28,031 nucleotides of DNA from a virus (Duplodnaviria; Caudoviricetes). The notes under the pieces are model-generated. The model saw nothing but the letters and a program-made list of their open reading frames with translations. It did not search any database and had not been told where the DNA came from. Positions 26,701 to 28,031 of this stretch are shown here, one piece after another. Where the stretch lies: the IMG/VR virus record IMGVR_UViG_3300017735_001469, positions 1 through 28,031 of that record; one strand, 5' to 3'. The position numbers and the translations under genes are program-made. Each line of letters starts with the position of its first letter. The stretch's first letter is position 1.

Positions 26701-27794
26701 ACAGCTAAATCACTAGCTGCTGTTGCTGTTGCAGGACTGCTATATCCTGTAACACTATCAATAATACTATTAACGGCGCCGTCGTCGTATGTTACTTGCT
26801 GTACATAAGGACCAGGTTCGTATGGAGTAGCTTCGATAATTGCTTCTGCTTTAACCATAGCAGCATTAACAGTTTTATAAGCATACTGTGGCGACCTACC
26901 TTCTTGGCCAGCTGGGGCTGCTTTTTGTGAATCATCACCAGCTGTTGAAACATAAATGTTTGTTGCACTAGCATAGCCCTGTGTATCAACATAAAGTTTT
27001 GTAACAGCTTGTAAATCATCTTTACCATTTGGTGCACCAAAGCCTTCAAGAGGATTTGGATGATCTGATAGGTACAGTGTATCCAACATACGTCTGTTGG
27101 TTTCACTTCCTGCTCTAGTAATTACTTCTTGTGTTTGCGGAACTTGTGTACCAGTTGCAGCCGCTGGTACTGATAATGCACCAGTCATAGTATCGCCTGC
27201 TACGTTCACATATGTATCATCTGCGAATCCTTTACTAACAATAATATTATCGGTAGTAATAGCTGCGGCACCAGGATGTGTCGTTGTCCAGTCAGTAACA
27301 AGTGTGTTAATGTCATCACCTGCTCCGGTATTTCTTAGTTTTGCATTAATAGCATTACTGTATGCTGTTACCGCTTGTGCATTTAAAGGAGCGTTTAATA
27401 CTGGATCTGGATCACGTTCAATATGTGGATCATTTATAATAATCTTAACTGTACCACTTTGATTAGGTGTAGAAGGATCAACATCCTCAAACTCAACAAC
27501 AACACTGTTATTGATTGTATTAACTGCTTTTTCTGTACCATTGTTGCCAGTATCACTAACAAACTTATAAAAGTTCAATCCTGTTTCTGTACTGTTAACT
27601 GCTGGTATTGCAGTAGTGTTTCCTAAATATGAATCAGGAACATCGTCAATATTTTTAAATGATATTGCGCCACCAAGCCCAAATACAGCATATAGTTCAG
27701 TAAAGTTTGTATTTACTTTTTTGAAACTTTCACGGATGCTATCGCCTGTGCCGTCATTACCCTCGATACCAATATCAACTTCTTGTCTTGCCAT
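20712..27794 (-). CDS. Giant tail fibre/tailspike-like protein (2360 aa) with C-terminal intramolecular-chaperone (Peptidase G2-like) autocleavage domain
   Basis: N-terminal IGIEGNDGTGDSIRESFKKVNTNFTELY; D.+TK.YVD fibre repeats; beta-helix entry motifs IYVS..GDD and G.Y.E.LPI.+P.NVSI.GD..R; C-terminal YADLAENY..D..YEPGTVL...GVV+..P...+AL.GRVP.KV.G.V.KGD.LV. Confidence 0.85.
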   Translation of the reverse strand: MARQEVDIGIEGNDGTGDSIRESFKKVNTNFTELYAVFGLGGAISFKNIDDVPDSYLGNTTAIPAVNSTETGLNFYKFVSDTGNNGTEKAVNTINNSVVVEFEDVDPSTPNQSGTVKIIINDPHIERDPDPVLNAPLNAQAVTAYSNAINAKLRNTGAGDDINTLVTDWTTTHPGAAAITTDNIIVSKGFADDTYVNVAGDTMTGALSVPAAATGTQVPQTQEVITRAGSETNRRMLDTLYLSDHPNPLEGFGAPNGKDDLQAVTKLYVDTQGYASATNIYVSTAGDDSQKAAPAGQEGRSPQYAYKTVNAAMVKAEAIIEATPYEPGPYVQQVTYDDGAVNSIIDSVTGYSSPATATAASDLAVSNTNEIQEFVQSYIAVNFADLTYDIQICKRDVKLMIDSVRLDVNAGLTVNYLSRWAGLRYNANPSAIKAQVDQGAATRASIAVVRAQLVSAFNDANTATPGTIAANVITAYTDRFNEIIDILSGTDVALAATGAGYTVAFTNGTNPAVDQGGEGNPDLIEGKIIVGKLSGAKGIITDYTRSASVTTDSVVVDLVEPIEFIPGEELEYGNRTRNNQITVRIESGIYYEHLPIKLPENVSIKGDEFRRVVLRPKPGVSQSKWNHTYFYRDIITDSLISAYSPAATLTNVSAADASRVLGTYQIGVDDWGSDGSGVKATFQVIVLSGGACTVTITSGGDGFIVGETITINDSKIGAGGAADLTFDIATTGGGYHFTHPVSGKQGKYGYHYVSDPSKIADVGTDATANVGNFKDAARLIELNKDYLVEETIEYVDATYPSLVYNETKCRRDTGLIVDGIVKDLRVGGRENTLTNQGAYYTGAVAGQETETAAAITNLKAIITNILANDSGNGYSGTGSVTQIFDEDYAAETESDTQANALVDCVAYFNNVNYNPPLNNSEMDVLLCNDGTIVRNITVQRQGGFMMVLDPEGQILTRSPYCQTGSSFAQSKGTNRNFAGGLFVDGYAGNMPATIDTVNNAFSISVSSPTDQGLFVRRPPTPFPFFINGDRYQVNTISAYDKAAGTATFILDETSNPSDSTSRDIDDISQAATAVMRTTIAHPYSDADRVTISNVNGMIEINSATLYVKTTLNPNEVELYTDVGLTAGYNTSAFSTYTGGGLAQTFVVGRGYIGSTGVDIFVQSGGNRSMLANDFTQINDLGFGALCVNNALSELVSMFTYYCHTGYLALDGSQIRSLGGNNSYGIYGLVSAGADPDEVATDVTLGANMVFPGKTFRADGYLDFAAAVPSTGNVSAGQTLTQGLINATITAVTQASPASVTATGHGLTDSDLVTIADVVGMTELNGLQFYVDVQDVNTFTLYTDTGLSSAYDSSTNTAYTSGGTATRAANATGILSFTGEEDGSGDPTRLYVHTTTGTFNTTGTITSPTSTNVGIPATVTTLDNDAPEDSLFMYVYDLEEYPHNVSEVEILHNTGLYQPYEITNASDASFTLSSYEIDTSSAAGLTGTYTADTAIFRVKKTRSDNYSVDITGGGSGAGAAGETIIIPGTLLGGATPTNDATITTTDVNGGVIGAVSVTGTPRFDDSTPVRDGKVWKLNFGTGLEGTASNGLQEDTDHDTKLVIRHKQNFLLDDFGTEELPTRPSTAFTFTQDTTEYVYRTILFGNQITDGVTTEANQRMVTFDSNFRYTDLSVDQSIITATESFFNANSTVDSNYTDIVLAATPSATVTMGATAATTSADGSRFIVIGQLDETERTRIANADMIFTWGGKTYQIDAYAEYSYTGGSGTAQVAVVQISDVANTDIHWPALNAGLAKTLVNGGGITLKVGLASGEAAEITVNISTNRATGHDMLDIGTGGFNTSNYPERIYGSPFGFSPVSSGDAIDSTGNASAAQVQERNKGRVFATLTDQDGFFRVGRFFTVDQGTGSVTFNAALVLTNIDGIGFKRGVRVNEFSNDDTFTDAKGDAVPTQTATEGYIDQRLGFDRDGATGGTVIGPGVMSLGGPGFSQTIMNSDMNLGSNRITNLGTPTASSDATTKQYVDQKTDELNDIGDVTVTGTGAPITSNILAFVGTNQQSVNVEVTGDIGLTYTSGNSITANINSGVIVDNDVNASAAIAQSKLALDDATAAATAGTATKGIASFDNANFETTTGFVGIKTGGVSNTELANSSITVGTTSIALGASSTSLSGLTGLTFTSGTINGTVGINITGSITHTGNIVGPANSGSDNGVSIGSSTNRYNTVWATTFNGEATAALYADLAENYLGDADYEPGTVLVFGGDEEVTECSAKGQTSAAGVVTTNPAHLMNSALQGEHVVGLALQGRVPCKVIGKVAKGDMLVTSAVPGYAIVNNAPSIGQVIGKAVGTKDDSERGIVEVVVGRV

Positions 27795-27805
27795 TTCTTT
27801 ATCCT

Positions 27806-28031
27806 TTAAAACTGTGGTACTAAATTATCCATATCGAAGTTGACGCTTACGCCACATCCGCATGAACTCTGTGCATTTGGATTGTTTATTTCAAAGTTAG
27901 CACCAACTAAACTTTTTACATAATCCACTTCGGTTCCTATTAGAAACATTAAACTGTGAGCGCCTACTACAAACGCACATCCATTTGTTGTTTTTACAAC
28001 TTCGTCATCCTTTGCTAAGTCTGTTGGACTA
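27806..28031 (-). CDS. iscA: IscA/SufA/HesB-family A-type Fe-S cluster carrier (3' part; 5' end outside the window)
   Basis: Not in the ORF track. Manual translation: ...DDEVVKTTNGCAFVVGAHSLMFLIGTEVDYVKSLVGANFEINNPNAQSSCGCGVSVNFDMDNLVPQF*, with the NPNA..xCGCG.S signature. Confidence 0.92.
   Translation of the reverse strand, partial: SPTDLAKDDEVVKTTNGCAFVVGAHSLMFLIGTEVDYVKSLVGANFEINNPNAQSSCGCGVSVNFDMDNLVPQF

Larger units (their letters stand above)
1..28031. mobile_element. Segment of a large lytic tailed phage genome (T4-like/jumbo-type gene content), probable alphaproteobacterial host
   Basis: Contains baseplate/tail genes with T4 gp9/gp10-like N-termini, a clamp loader, PhoH, ThyA/DHFR, a lone GroES and late-promoter motifs. 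Genes are tightly packed and co-oriented, with ATGA/TAATG overlaps. No integrase or host housekeeping operons are present. Confidence 0.93.

Noticed and set aside
2583-27843. Many plus-strand and off-frame ORFs in the ORF track (e.g. 4802-5113, 10304-10666, 20027-20383, 21115-21636, 27097-27462)
   Set aside because: They lie antisense to or inside well-supported genes, show no recognisable motifs, and have the Val/Pro/Leu bias expected from the reverse complement of Thr/Gly/Asn-rich genes.
1-28031. Stop-codon reassignment, diversity-generating retroelement, tRNA genes
   Set aside because: Genes are full length under the standard code with near-complete coding density. No reverse transcriptase or adenine-mismatched repeat pair was seen. 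Intergenic gaps are too short or lack cloverleaf motifs.

Overview
This is an AT-rich, gene-dense segment of a large lytic tailed phage with T4-like/jumbo-type gene content. Nearly all genes are on the minus strand; phoH is the only plus-strand gene. The right half (about 12.7-27.8 kb) is a virion module of baseplate, tail-fibre and tailspike genes, several with a T4 gp9/gp10-like N-terminal anchor, preceded by a partial IscA/HesB Fe-S carrier gene. The left half holds DNA and nucleotide metabolism and auxiliary genes: a stand-alone DnaE fragment, a clamp-loader subunit, a DEDDh exonuclease, two MazG-fold NTP pyrophosphatases, DHFR, ThyA, GroES, PhoH and an FdxA-type ferredoxin resembling alphaproteobacterial ones. 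Two cassettes built on paralogous radical SAM enzymes interrupt this block: nitroreductase + rSAM, and rSAM + B12-dependent rSAM. Two promoter classes are visible: sigma70-type TTGAC-N17-TAAWAT and late-type (G/T)ATAAATA. The strongest candidates for new biology are (1) a phage Fe-S/cobalamin radical-SAM modification system, (2) phycobiliprotein/globin-like repeats that keep the chromophore-site Cys inside the 2360-aa tail protein, (3) a zincin-like domain with an inverted EHxxH motif inserted in the baseplate protein, and (4) a split, intein-less DnaE. No tRNA, rRNA, CRISPR array, integrase or transposase was recognised. All family calls come from motif recognition by eye, not database searches.
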